Source of the DNA: Azolla caroliniana
Taxonomy: Eukaryota > Plantae > Polypodiophyta
Length of the DNA: 64,000 bases
Direction of reading: 5' to 3'
Assembly (NCBI GenBank): GCA_043228905.1
Contig: JBHGNT010000014.1
Location: 9,920,001-9,984,000 of the forward strand
The translations under genes and the position numbers were made by a program. The notes under the pieces are model-generated. The model was not told the DNA's origin, searched no databases, and worked only from the letters and a program-made list of their open reading frames with translations. Positions within the stretch are counted from its first letter, which is position 1. Every line of letters begins with the position of its first letter. Shown here piece by piece: positions 35,996 to 48,771 of the stretch.

Positions 35996-36235
35996 GACCT
36001 TTATGGTCTGCACCTTTGGTTTTGTTGTCGTGCTCTTTCTATTGGAGCTTCCGACATTGCTCTCTCGCATGACCCTTCTTTTTGCAGAACACACAAAAGG
36101 ATTTTGTCGCTTACAATCGCAATCCATGAATTCATTGGGTGTCTTGCGTTTCCCAACGAATTGCGATTACTTAATCCCGGGGTGCTTCGGGTTTGTTATG
36201 GTTCTTCTTCGAAGTGCGTTGATAATGAAGAATTA

Positions 36236-37297
36236 CAGTAAACATTTGGTTAAGCGCGCACTTAACCGAGCTGCGCATTTAGGGGTTTTAGTAAAAAAAA
36301 AAGAATCCCAATTTTTTTTCTATTGTAATTCTGAGAAAGCATAGCCCAAACAACCATCACTTAGACCCTCCTTACTATTGTAATGTCTCGGATATGTACA
36401 TATTTTCTTTCGTATGTCTGTTTTTTTGTTTCTTTTCTGCTTTCTATGTTTGTATTTTTTATGTTTATGTTTGTTGTTTGATGTCTATGGAGATTGTGTG
36501 AGATGTCTATGTTTGTTTTTTGGTGTCTATGGAGATTGTGCGTGATGTCTATGTTTGATATGGTATGTGGTCTATGAGAAATGATCCACATACTTGGTTG
36601 AGATAGTGTAAAAAAATGCCCAAAAGTAGGGATTTGAATCCACATACTGTTAATCGATCAATAGCTATTAATCGATTAATAACTTTTTCCTCCACATAAT
36701 AAGCCATTCATCGATTAATCGATTAATAGTTTTTCCACACATAATAAGCCATTAATCGATTAATAGCTTTTCCTCCACATAATATGCCATTAATCGATTA
36801 ATTGCTTTCCCTTCATGTAATAAGCCATTAATCGATTAACTCTACATAATAAGCCATTAATTGATTATTTGATTAATAGCTTTTCCTTCATGTAAGTCCA
36901 CATAATAAGCTATTAATCGACTAATCGATTAATACATTTCCCATAATAGACCCAAGCTTGCACCCTATTTAGTTTTATTGAATATGTATCTTGCTGCAAA
37001 GCAAAGTTTCCATGAAATTAGTTCAAGATTGTATGTATTCACTATATCTTGCTCAACCTATTTAGTAGACAAATGAGCTTACATCATTTTGGTATGAAAT
37101 TGCAAAAGCACTACAAATCTTGTTTTTATTCATCATTTAGTTGTTTTTTGAATGATTGGATCATAGTTTCAATTTGGTTTGATATATTTTGTCATAAAAC
37201 AATGTAAATTTTTTGAAAAAGATTTTGACATTTATAAAAAATGCACTTAATAGAATGGCGCACTTAATAGGGCACACACTTAACCGAATGGTTAATG
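36236..37297. mobile_element. Tc1/mariner (pogo-like) non-autonomous DNA transposon
   Basis: TA on both sides (36234-35, 37298-99); TIRs CAGTAAACATTTGGTTAAG / CTTAACCGAATGGTTAATG; subterminal GCACTTAA repeats. Confidence 0.8.
36650..36935. repeat. Array of palindromic TTAATCGATTAA motifs
   Basis: About 8 degenerate units ...CACATAATAAGCCATTAATCGATTAATAGC... Confidence 0.85.
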
Positions 37298-39024
37298 TAT
37301 TTTAACGGCCTTTTCGAAGGATTTTGGATCCTTATCATGCACTATCCAGTGATAGTCCGAATTGGGGATGTCATTGACAAAACAAGCTATCAACCAATTG
37401 TCCCCTTCTAGACCCGATTTTTGAATTTGGGTTCTAGCATGGTGAACATAATCTTCTAGCAAGGAAAACTTCTAGCTAGAGAGGTTTGCTAATGCTTATG
37501 CTGCCTTGGTTTAAGATGGAGGTTGCAGAAATTGACCCTTGAAAACTATGACAAAGTCTGTCCAGGTATCGAGCAATTTCCTCGTAGTGCGAAGCCCACG
37601 CCATGAGGCGACAACCTTACCCCCTAGTTCTCGATCGACATATACAATCTTCGTAATATCTGGCTTGGGATAGAGCTCAAAATGAAACTCCCATCGGCCT
37701 AGCCACATGCAGATTGCTTCTTTGGTTCTTTCCTTTTTATCTCCCCTAAATGGCTTTATGACAAACAATGGTTCACCTTCACGCTCATCGAGTCTATTTG
37801 TATCATGTTGTATACTAATGACACGTGCCTCGAGAGCACTATGAGATTGACAAAGTTCGAAAATCTCGTGCAAGGTAGAATTAAGGAAATTTTGTATTTG
37901 TAAAAAATATGACTCAATGGGGATTGACCGAGGAGGATTTCTTTGAGTTCATTCCACTTGGGCGGATTCCATCGGGCTGTTGTTATGAGCCATTGAATGA
38001 TAATTTCTGGCAAAGAAATAGGATAAGGTCAGACAAATAGTCATAACATCATGTCGTGATGGAGAAAATATCATGGGCAAAAATTAATCGATATCATGAT
38101 CTCACGTCAAAACCCCTCTAAACGTATGAGATGAGGTTCAAGATCAGGTTACTATGATAACACAAAAGTGTTTTAAAAACCATGGGGGTGACAAATGAAT
38201 GTCTTTTCCTGATCTCTATATCGATTTTTTCATGGCAACTCCCCAAGGGTCAACCATGTATGCTTGTGTCATGAATAGTTTATACACGAAAATATGTTAA
38301 CAATAAACTATGTCTCTGTGGCCACCCATGTGGCTTCGTCTCTTCAAGTCCTATTACGAGGACCCTGAAGTGCACTTAGACCTAAAGTCTAAACATGTTT
38401 TATAGTCATATGTATCAATAATCATGTTGTATGGTCTTGGTCATGTTTGAACTCGAGACCTCTAAAAGGAATACATTAAACACTTGAGCTAACCAAATGG
38501 TTTTCTCCTTTTGAATGTTTATGTTTATGTGTATGAGAGATATGTGAATACATTTGCCCATATATGTTTTTTAAAGGAAAACATACGGGTCTAGAAACCT
38601 CATTTCCCCCTTGTTAACAAGAAAACTATCTTGGTACGTTACCCAACCTCAAGTCTCATCATTACAATGACATACCCCAGAGTGTAACCTAATGATAAAG
38701 CCACAAAACCCTCCTTTCGGAGTAGGCCCACGTGGCCCATCACATGGTTACATCATTATGAATGCCTTACGTAATGATGATCTCATGGTGGTATTGTAAC
38801 CATGTAACGAGGGAGGGATGTTGGATGCGTGTGTCGTAGGAACGATCTCACATGAAGTGGATCAAGCCCTAACACCCACAACATCATTGTGGCTATGCTT
38901 GTTTCGTTGTTATATATTACAAAATCAAGGTGACCAATAGGGATAACAATAAAAAATATTTGTTGAAAAAGGATGGTGACTAAGCCATTCTCACAAAAAT
39001 GGGAGGACAACCATAAAGATCCTT

Positions 39025-39176
39025 ACTTTGAAAGACAACCATCGATCAAGTAATATCACATACGTAATAACTAATATACACATATGTATATTTATCGCAT
39101 ACTCTGAAAGACAACCATCGATCAAGTAATATCACATACGTAATAACTAATATACACACATGTATATTTATCGCAT
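39025..39176 (+). repeat. 76-bp tandem duplication
   Basis: ACT(T/C)TGAAAGACAACCATCG...TTTATCGCAT twice. Confidence 0.9.
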
Positions 39177-40060
39177 GTAAATGATCAAATACATATACAC
39201 GTGATTACATATGCATATATTAAAGAATCATTAACATAACATAGCCAATGAATGATGTAATCGAGATACATAATCGAAGCATAAAGCCTCTATGCACACG
39301 AAACATCCAAAATAAGGGTGAACATAATACGCAATAGAAGTATTTAGCTCTTACACATACGACACAAATCCCATATCAAATACATAGAAATTGAGGGATT
39401 TACCTCATACACATATGTAAACATTTTATACAATCAATTATTACCACTACAACATATTTTCATGATTGAAATTAATACAAAATGACATGAACTTGATTAG
39501 AATGTGAGAAGAATATAAAAATAATAATAAAAGAAAGGAATACCAAAGTTCTTTTGTTGCTGTGTTTGGGCTGTGTTTCTGGATCAAACTTGACCGCACA
39601 TTGATCAATCACCATCCAACAAAAACAAAAATCAACAAAAGAAACATTAGTAATCAAGGCTTGGATACCAATTGTTAGAGCTTGAACCTAATGTCAACAT
39701 GAGATAAGGATAATATAGATAGATAGAAAAGAAAGTAGAGAGAGAGAAAGAAGGAAGTCGATCCACCTGACCACCCCCGAGTGAAGGGATTGAGACGGAC
39801 TCGAGCCTCAATTGGTGTCCCATACCATTGACGTATTATCGATTCGTACATGGTACTGGCGTACTCTCTACAAGAGTTTGATCACCACGAGTTCAGATTC
39901 TCTATGTGGTCAAGAGATGTCAAATGAGGGTAGCTAGGCCTCATATTTATAGCCAGACCTAAGGCCCCCAAACAAGTTCACACTTGGCCTTAATGGGTTG
40001 TCTCAATCCCAAGGATTAAAAGTAATCCTTCCCTTCTTACACTCTTGTTTAACCCTCACA

Positions 40061-40355
40061 CTTTATCCACGTGTATAGAATACTATGTCCAATTGTTTCG
40101 TCCAGATTCAACTTTGGACAGTTGTTTGCGCATGTTGTGCAGAATACCTCCCACTTCATTGGCAAGCTCGAAAGGAGGGCAAGGGCTTTAACTTCTCCCT
40201 TGGGAGGAGAGTTTAGACAACACCCGACTGAAGGTGTTGATGTGGGAGGTTGTCGAATTTGTCTCTCTCATCTTCATATTGAACATTTTTCGAATCAATA
40301 GGAGCTTCAATGAGGATGACTTTTTCTTGTATACGACCTGTAACTTCTCCCATAG
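40061..40355 (-). pseudogene. Copia gag fragment
   Basis: LWEKLQVVYKKKSSSLKLLLIRKMFNMKM...KALALLSSLPMKWEVF, similar to the family A gag. Confidence 0.8.
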
Positions 40356-40450
40356 TGAGAGCAGGAGGGGAGCAAGAAAGACAACGGCCGTGCTTCGCAC
40401 ACACACAAATACACAGAAACCGCAACCGATTGAAACAAGATGAATGTGCG

Positions 40451-40493
<43 letters not shown>

Positions 40494-41318
40494 CAGATGA
40501 AAGGGGTTACAACCGGTAGACCGATGAGCGACAAGCTCTGACGCCTGCATGCATGCACGCACACACACACATAGACGCGAGATGGAGACTCGGCGGGAAG
40601 CACTCGGGCATTCTGCGGAGCAGAGTCAACCTCCCGAAAACCTGCACAGAGCAAATACAGAGAAAGACGGAGGAGAAGAGCTCAGTTCCAGTCCGACAAC
40701 ACTTCGTCCTCGGCAAAAGCGATCCCCATTACGATTCCTCTCCCTCTCTTTTATAGCCCAAGGAGGGAGGCCGTCACAACCTGTTACATCATCTTCATTC
40801 TCTGTCCTTTCGGACAGAGATATGCCTCGATTTTCTACCTAACAAATGCGTGCTACCTAGGATATTCACATCAGCCGACTTGTACCTAGATATATACATT
40901 ACAACAAAACTTGTGCCTACGTATAAGGGCCAGTTCGCGCACATTATTCTCTGATTCCGCCTAGGGACAGTTTTCTCCACGACAACGTGTTCACACTCGA
41001 GGATACAATTTGGAAGGAGTCGGCCTTTTATGCCAACAAATCCGAACTAGCAAGAGGTCCACTAGTCAAATTTGATTCAACTAAAAAATTGACAAGGACC
41101 AAGGACCGAATCGACAAAGACAACCGAAAGGGCAAAAGAGGGAAAATCGGCAAAAGCCGTAAAACCAAAGGGCGATGATTGGGAAAAGTCGAATCGTTCG
41201 ACCAAGGCAAAGACGAAAAGAGCAAAGTCGAAATAGATAGAGCTGAATCGACCAAATCGTCCAAACAAGCTAAGGTGATGAAAGGCTGAGCTCAACCAAG
41301 ACACCAACCTCTCTAACA
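40356..41318 (-). mobile_element. Possible LTR-like segment
   Basis: TG...CA ends, minus-strand TATAAAA near 40750, (TA)n tract; no TSD; separates oppositely oriented copia remnants. Confidence 0.35.
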
Positions 41319-41329
41319 ATCAATCCCGA

Positions 41330-41820
41330 AGAAGGGGAGGATGATTCGACATTGCTGAAATCCTATCTTAGGGGTGAGTCATCCCATAGGACTCCTGAAG
41401 ATGGTTCAACTAATGTTGATTGGGCACCTCAACCAATCTAAGAATCCGAACCGACAAAATCGGCACCTAGGAGATTCGGACGAGTCCGAAGGCCAACACA
41501 GTTTTACAAACCGAGCCTCAATTACTTCAACAACACGGATCTAGGTGAACCCAACTCGTATGAGGAAGTTGTAGCCGCACTGGTCGTCGATACATGGCTA
41601 TAGGCCATGTGATCCGAGATAGACTTGATTAAAGAGAATAATACATGGGAGTTCGTGAAGTTACCAATTGGAAGGAAGTCGTTGCCTTGCAAATGGGACT
41701 TCATATACAAATATGTATCCAATTTGGAGAAGCCCAAATATAAAGCTCAGCTCGTTGCCAAAGGTTTCAAATAGGAACACGGGTCGACTATGACGAGACC
41801 TTCTCACCGGTAGTCAAAAT
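41330..41820 (+). pseudogene. Old copia linker/RT start (host of element C)
   Basis: GEPNSYEE, NTWEFVKLP..LPCKW, YKAQLVAKGF, FSPVVK|M; continues at 47742. Confidence 0.85.
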
Positions 41821-42807
41821 TGTTGAATGCGGGTCTCTATTGAACGTATTCACATTATCTCCTTTTGTACACACTAGGTTTAGGCTATTTATGTAAATAG
41901 TGAGAAGGGCAGTTGCCCTAAGTTAGTCAGTATATAAACTGACTTTGTAACCTAGCTTTTTGGTTGTTGTTGAAAATATAGTTCATCTTGTTCCTAACGT
42001 CTCTCTCTCTTGCATTCTTGTGGATCTTCCTTCTTGATTCTGTTTCTAGTTGCCATCAATCTTCTTCATTGCCTCTATTAACGATCCCTTAGAGAAGAGT
42101 GTTGCCTCTATTAACATTTGGTATCAGAGCACGAGGTTCTTTTGATTATGTTGTTGCGATCTATCAAGTCTCCAACATCAACTCTTCTTCTGTACACCGT
42201 GAAGCTCTCGGTTGGCAACTCTCTACGAGATCGTTTTCGCAAAGAGAAACACCGGAAAAATTTGCAATCCACTATTCTAAATCACCATTGAAGTGAGTCA
42301 ATTGGTTGCACTTCACTCCTGTGATTGTAGCCGCTCGGAGTGAGATTTCGCTTCACAAGCTCTGCCTCAACCATAGTACATTGGATTAGACAACAATCGA
42401 ATAGGTCACCTGACGCTAGTCACTCGCTCGTCGTAATCACTCATAGTAGTCTGGGCTCTAGGAACAAACCCCTTCCGTGCTTCATTCAGCTAGACAACAT
42501 TCGGAAAGGTTAGTTAAATTTGTTCCTCTCATTGTCATAGTCACCTGAAGAAGGATCAGCCTAGATAATCGGCACATACTCTGTGTTCAAAAATCTCAAA
42601 AATCATCATTCGAAATCGAATTGGCAAACTTGGGTCCAATTCTACTAAGTCGATTGACTGTAGTCACTCCAGAAAAAATTCGGCAAGTAGTCGAAACCTA
42701 TTCAACTTGTGTCCAATATAAGCTAGAACAACATCGAGTGAGTGAGTCAGTTGCACTCCACCACAGTTTGTGATAGACTCCGAACAAATTCTATCAAGCC
42801 GACTAAG

Positions 42808-45800
42808 ATGGCATCAATATCCGGCTTGTCAGAGATGAGGCTAAGGAAGTTTGACGGATCGAACTTCAACTTTCGGAAGGAACAGATGCAAGACTATTTG
42901 ATAGTCAAGGGGCAAATCGAACCCATCGAAAATGAAAATGCTCCACAAGGATACAAGACGCTTGAATGGGAGATGCTAGATAGAATTGTCGTAGCCACCA
43001 TTCGGATGCACCTATAGGAGTCCATGTATTTCATGGTACAATCATGTTCAACTGGGTTCCAACTGTGGAAGACACTCTTAGACATCTACGAGATAGCTAC
43101 AAAGATATATCTGATTGGGCACCTTTAAAACCTTTAGATGAAAGAATCCGACTCGGTCCAGGTAGACCTGAACGAGTACAAAAGCTTAAGCTCCCAGATC
43201 GCGGTGTAGGGGACGAAAATCGAAGATGAACTAACAACAATGTTGCTCATGATCAGTCTCTCCCCTTCGTGGGATACTTTTGTCACCACTTTGTGCAACG
43301 TGTTGACTATTGCTGCCAAATATTCAGCAATCATGAGTGCAGTTCTGACTGAAGCATCTCGGAGGAAATTATTTGCAAACAATTCGGCCAATCATGCATA
43401 TGTAGTACAAGGTTCGATCGACCGATCGAACAGTCGAGGAAGAAGTTCCTCTCGACAATCGAACAACCAACGAAGTCGGAGCAATTATTGCAAGAATCCC
43501 AGACACATCAAAGCCGAATGTCATGCACTCAACCGAAGTACCATCGAACGATCCGAACATACTATCCATTGAGAATCCAATCGAATTAGAAGTTCTGCTT
43601 ATGACTAAGGAATCAAGCACATGGCTCTTGGATTCAGGCGCTTCATATCATGTGACCCTTAATCAATCCCAATTTCGGCAATACTTGGCCCAACATTCCA
43701 ACTCAGTTCGAGTCGGAAACTCGCAACACTCTGCTATAATTGGAATCTGCACAGTAGAGCCCAACCTTTCGGGTGGCTCTACATTGGTACTTCATAATGT
43801 CCGACATGTACCTAAGCTCTCAAGACCTTTAATCTCCGCCAGACAATTGGACGAAGATGGCATCCGTGCCAACTTCTCATCAAAAGGGTGGACACTCCAT
43901 AGGGGGAACCTCCTACTTGCTCGAGGACCGAAAGTACATTCACTGTACCCATTATGCATCACACTTAGAGAGGGCGACTTGTTCTTCGTTGACATTCTCG
44001 TGTCATCACTATGGCACGACCGACTTGGACACCTCAGCAAGGCCGACATCACTCATCTATCTAGAGTCGAATACATCCCCAAACTCTCCTTCTTTGATCA
44101 TCAACTTTGCGAGCATTGTCAGCACGGAAAACATATAGCCACATCACACCCGACATTAGCATCGAGAGAATCGAGTCCACTCGATTTGGTCCATTCGGAC
44201 GTTTGTGGCCCTATGCCACAATAGTCTCTTGGTGGTGCCTTGTATTTCGTCGGCTTTATTGACAACTCGGCTCGGAAGGTGTGGGAGTATCCGATAAAGA
44301 CCAAAGATAGAGTGTTCTCGATTTTCTCCGATTGCCTCGCTATGGTCGAAAATCAGTTCGGTTGAAAACTCAAATGTCTTCGGACCGATAATGGAGGAGA
44401 GTTCAAATTTGAAGAATTCTTCAAATTTTTCCGACAACGCGGCATTCGACGTGAATATATGACACCCTATAGTCCGGAGTAGAATGGCATTGCCTAGAGG
44501 ATGAATCAGACAATTCAAGAAATGGTAGTTTCCATGCTCCAACACTCTGGACTATCGGATGGCTTCTGGGCGGAGGCACTACTTACGATAGTACACATTA
44601 TCAAGATGTCGCTCAGTAGGCCTCTAGGACTTAAGATACCTCAAGAATTATGGACCGGTAGTAAACCGAATTACGACAAGTTGAGGATCTTCGGGTGCGA
44701 GGCATACGCCCTCATACCGAAAGATGATCGCCGCAAACTTTCACCAAGGTCCAGGAAATGTATTTTCCTAGGTTATGAACTAGATGGAAAAATCGGATAC
44801 CGACTCTGGGACCCCCAACACAGACAAATTGTTCGAAGTTCAGACATAGTGTTCAATGAGTTGGCTATGCATAAGATGGACGAAAGGCCTATTGAAGTCC
44901 GAAGGGTAACTTTTTCTGAAGTTTCGACCCTTCATAAAGGCCCAACCCATAACACAAGATCGGCTTCATGGGTAGCCGAATCCTCCAGCCCCGACTCAAC
45001 AATGCTCGACCTAGAACAACCGAATGGTTCGACCCTAGATCATCTGACTTCGACACCCGATGCGACTAGTCCAGTCATACCTCGAAGATCCGAGAGACTG
45101 TCGCAGGCCCTGGAGAGATACTCTCTTGGAATCTTCTTTACGGACGCTAGAGAACCGACATCATACGAAGAAGCATCGGCATCAACCGATTCGGCCACCT
45201 GGCATCTGGCAATGGAGTCTGAGATGAAGTCCATTCGAGTAGACCAAACATAGGACTTGGTCGAGCTCCCGAAGAATCGATGCGCTCTTCCGTGCAAGTG
45301 GGTCTATCGAGTCAAAGGGGCAACTGATTCGGCCACCCCAAAATTCAAGGCCATACTAGTAGCTAAGGGATTTCGAGAACAATATGGCATTGATTTTGAT
45401 GAAATCTTTGCACTAGTGGTGAAAATGACAACCCTTAGATTCATGCTCGGCGTCGTGGCAGCCGCGGACTTGGAGTTGATTCAGCTAACAACATTCCTCC
45501 ATGATGATCTTAAGGAGGAAATTTATATGGATCAATCTAAAGGCTTCATTGCACCCGGCCAAGAGCATCTAGTTTGCCGACTCAGGAAGAGTCTATACGG
45601 CCTGAAACAGGCACCGCGACAATGGTATAAGAAGTTTGATGACTTCATTCAGTTGGTCGGCTTCTTGAAGAGTGATGAGGACCATTGTCTTTTCACGAAA
45701 ACAGCTCGATATGGGTCACCCATCTTCCTCATCATCTACGTGGACGACATGCTAATCTCCGATCGACAAGCCGGAGAGCTTGCTGAACTCGTTTTGCAAC

Positions 45801-47188
45801 TGCAGTTGAACTTTGCCATGAAGGACCTCTGTCTGGCAAGTCACATTCTTGGCATGAAGATTAGTTGGAATCGAAATCAAAGACAATTGTTTCTATCCCA
45901 ATCTGATCACATTAGACGTGTCCTCGAATGCTTCAACATACAATCGGCAAAATCTGCTTCGACTCCACTCCCCATTAGCCTTTGACTGTCTCAGCGAGAT
46001 TTCCCGACATCCGCTTCCGAGGGGGAAATTATGAAGTCTGTATCGTATGCACCGGTAGTCGGCTCCCTAATGTACACGATGGCCGTGACACGGCTCGACA
46101 TTGCTCATGCCGTAGGAATCGTGAGTAGATTCATGCACAACCCTGACCGATCGCACTGAAACAAAGTAAAGCATGTGTATATTGTTAAGAATCGACCGGC
46201 CACAACCGGTTACACTTTCGTATTCGTGTGCAGAAATCAAGAACTAGTACACAGACAGAAAAATGTAAAGACACAGAGACACCGACATTTTACGCAGAAA
46301 ACCCGAAATGGGAAAAACCACAGGGGTTCACAAACCCCGAGAAACAGAGGCAACGACCTCAAGTTCTGTTTCGTTTGATAGACGACTACATAGTTTCACT
46401 CTCACTCTCTCACTCACAGTTACAGAGGCAACTACCTTGTTCTAACTTTACAATAATGATCAACTACAAAACTACTTACTAAAGTTTACCGTAGTTGCTT
46501 ATAAACAAAAGCAACTTTCTGGCTATTTACAAGTATAGCCCACAAGGGCATTTTAGACTATTTACAATTATAGTCTTCTGAAACGATTTCGATTTCGATT
46601 ACGATTTCAGTTTCCGTTTCGGTTTTGATTACAATTTCGATTACTCACCAACACAGTCCTTCTCTTCCCATCCGGAGGAACATGTTTCCCAATTGATATC
46701 TGGTGGGCACAAAACACCTTGGCATTCTATTCGGCCCAAACAACACCTCAGGCATAGTCGGTTATACCGACTCCGACTTTGTTTGATGTGTGGACAGTCG
46801 AAAACCGACAACCGAATATTGCCTTAAGTTCAGCAATGGAGCAATCTCGTGGAAATCGAAACTTCAGGAGTGCACTGCCACATCAACGACTGAGGCCGAA
46901 TACGTAGCTGTGTCCTATGCGGCAAAAGAGGCATTATGGCTTGGTCACTTGGCTTGCACGTTTCGACAAGTGGAATCCGACTCGGCTCCAGTTGTCTACA
47001 GTGACAGTCAGGGTGTTGTCGCTTTGTCAAAAAATCTGGTTTATCATAATGCCTCTAAGCATATCGACGTTCGATATCACTTTGTCCAGAATTGTGTCAT
47101 CTCAGGAAAAATCGGCCTCGAAAAGATAGCTACAACCGAAAATGTCGCAGATGGGATGACCAAATGTCTTTCGGCGGATCGATTCTAA
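42808..47188 (+). pseudogene. Element C gag-pol, disrupted
   Basis: ORF fragments align with 1689-5702 throughout; many stops and frameshifts. Confidence 0.93.
46183..46694 (-). mobile_element. Solo LTR inserted in element C pol
   Basis: Homologous to 24026-24601; interrupts KHV|YL; TSD TATAT/GATAT (one mismatch); terminal CA decayed. Confidence 0.85.
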
Positions 47189-47741
47189 GAATCAGTTTGA
47201 TTAAGTCGGACACTTAGGATGTTTTTTGAACAATCGACTTCAACAGCTCGAAGCTTGGTCTTAGTTTTCCCAATCTTGGCCAGTTCGGCCTTTTGTTTTT
47301 CGAAGTTCACTGACTCAAACGAAATTTTCGATTTGTTCAAAAAACCTTGTATCAATCTGTATTGTACATTTATTTTGATTTACAGATTTTCAATGTATAC
47401 GCCCATTACGGGGGAGTGTTGAATGCGAGTATCTATTGAACGTATTCACATTATCTCCTTTTGTACACACTAGGTTTAGGCTATTTATCTAAATAGTGAG
47501 AAGGGCAGTTGCCCTAAGTTAGTCAGTATATAAACTGACATTGTAACCTAGATTTTTGGTTGTTGTTGAAAATATAGTTCATCTTGTTCCTAACGTCTCT
47601 CTCTCTTGCATTCTTGTGGATCTTCCTTCTTGATTCTGTTTCTAGTTGCCATCAATCTTCTTCATTGCATCTATTAACGATCCCTTAGAGAAGAGTGTTT
47701 AGATTGTTCCGCACCAGACGACCGCATTTTTCAACAAAAAT

Positions 47742-48395
47742 GACCACCCTTCACCTCCTTCTCGAGATCTTGTCATCAAGATGGCTTGCCTAGAGCTTGA
47801 ACATCTTGTCGTCAAGACAGCTTGCCTACATAGAGATCTCGAAGAAGATATTTATATGTCTCAACCAGAATCCTTCATGGCAACAAGGGAGCAAGGTCAC
47901 CTCGTTTGCAAGCTTAATAAGAGCCTATATGGCCTCAAGCAAGCGCCGCAAATGTGGTATCATAAGTTTGATACCTACATTTGGCAGCTCAGCTATAGCT
48001 AGTCATACTACGACCCATATATGTACACCCAACAATTAACCAATGAGTCTTGGATCTACATGATCCTATACGTCGACCACATGCTTATTGCCGATAATGA
48101 TAAAGCAGAAATCGGAAAGCTAAAGCGACTTAGAGAAGTCTGATACATTCTGGGCATGCGGATAGAGTGAAATCAAACGAAGAAGATCCTCTGACTCTCC
48201 CACTTTGATTACATCTAAAAGGTGGTGAGGCGCTTCAATATGGAGGACGTGAAGCCAACACCGACACTGCTTCCAATGTCACATCGACTATCGGACAGAG
48301 ATGAGTCTCCATCCACAGAAGAGGAGAGAAATCTCATGACGCATCAGCAATAGGAAGTCTCATGTACGTAATGGTGGCGACCTGACTCGTCCTTG
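47742..48395 (+). pseudogene. Old copia RT continuation
   Basis: VKTACLH.DLEEDIYM, KSLYGLKQAP, YVDH (decayed YVDD). Confidence 0.85.
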
Positions 48396-48771
48396 TGTTG
48401 AGAATCAAGCTGAACCTAGCCTAGTGTGTGAACACACCCTTGAGAGTGTATGAACACTCAAAGGTCAAAAGTCACACCACTACTCTTTACACATTGACTA
48501 TGTGTCACAGAATCATATTCTATGACACATAACTAATGAGTTTCCACATTCCCCATGACTCATGAGCTTCGGTAGTTAATGAAGAGAGAGAATGACTATA
48601 TAAAGCACTCTCCTCCTACTTTGTAATATGTCGGTTAATCTCCTTTGTAATATGCATCTTCTTGAGTATTTTCTATTCGGTCTATCTTGTGTTTGTCTCT
48701 TCTCCTCTCTCTCTCTCACACACACACAAACACATAACGCACATGTCTAACCTATTCCGCTGCAGAAGAAT
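48396..48771 (+). repeat. LTR of another element, interrupted by element E
   Basis: Starts TGTTGAGAAT, TATATAAA near 48598, CT/CA tracts; cut at 48772. Confidence 0.65.

Larger units (their letters stand above)
36003..40060 (-). mobile_element. 5' remnant of an LTR retrotransposon (probably gypsy): LTR 39673-40060, PBS, long leader, gag fragment
   Basis: TG...CA LTR with minus-strand TATA, imperfect PBS TGGTATCCAAGCC 39658-39670, Retrotrans_gag-like peptide 37511..37873 (W..R.E.HF...W..F...F..QF); interrupted by the pogo-like element. Linking LTR and gag is inference. Confidence 0.65.
41821..47736 (+). mobile_element. Full-length degenerate Ty1/copia element (C, relative of family A)
   Basis: LTRs 41821-42116 and 47417-47736, TSD AAAAT, PBS 42119-42130, PPT GGGGGAG ending 47416. 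Confidence 0.95.

Noticed and set aside
36650-36935. CRISPR or iteron-like palindromic array
   Set aside because: Spacers are similar to each other and irregular; lies in a DNA transposon
40188-40842. ORFs with YIYIYI/CVCV runs
   Set aside because: Translations of (TA)n and (CA)n microsatellites; only the gag-like portion is meaningful
39673-41318. Single 1.6-kb LTR with TGTTAGAG/CTCTAACA ends
   Set aside because: Interval contains a copia gag fragment; 39673-40060 already forms a self-contained LTR
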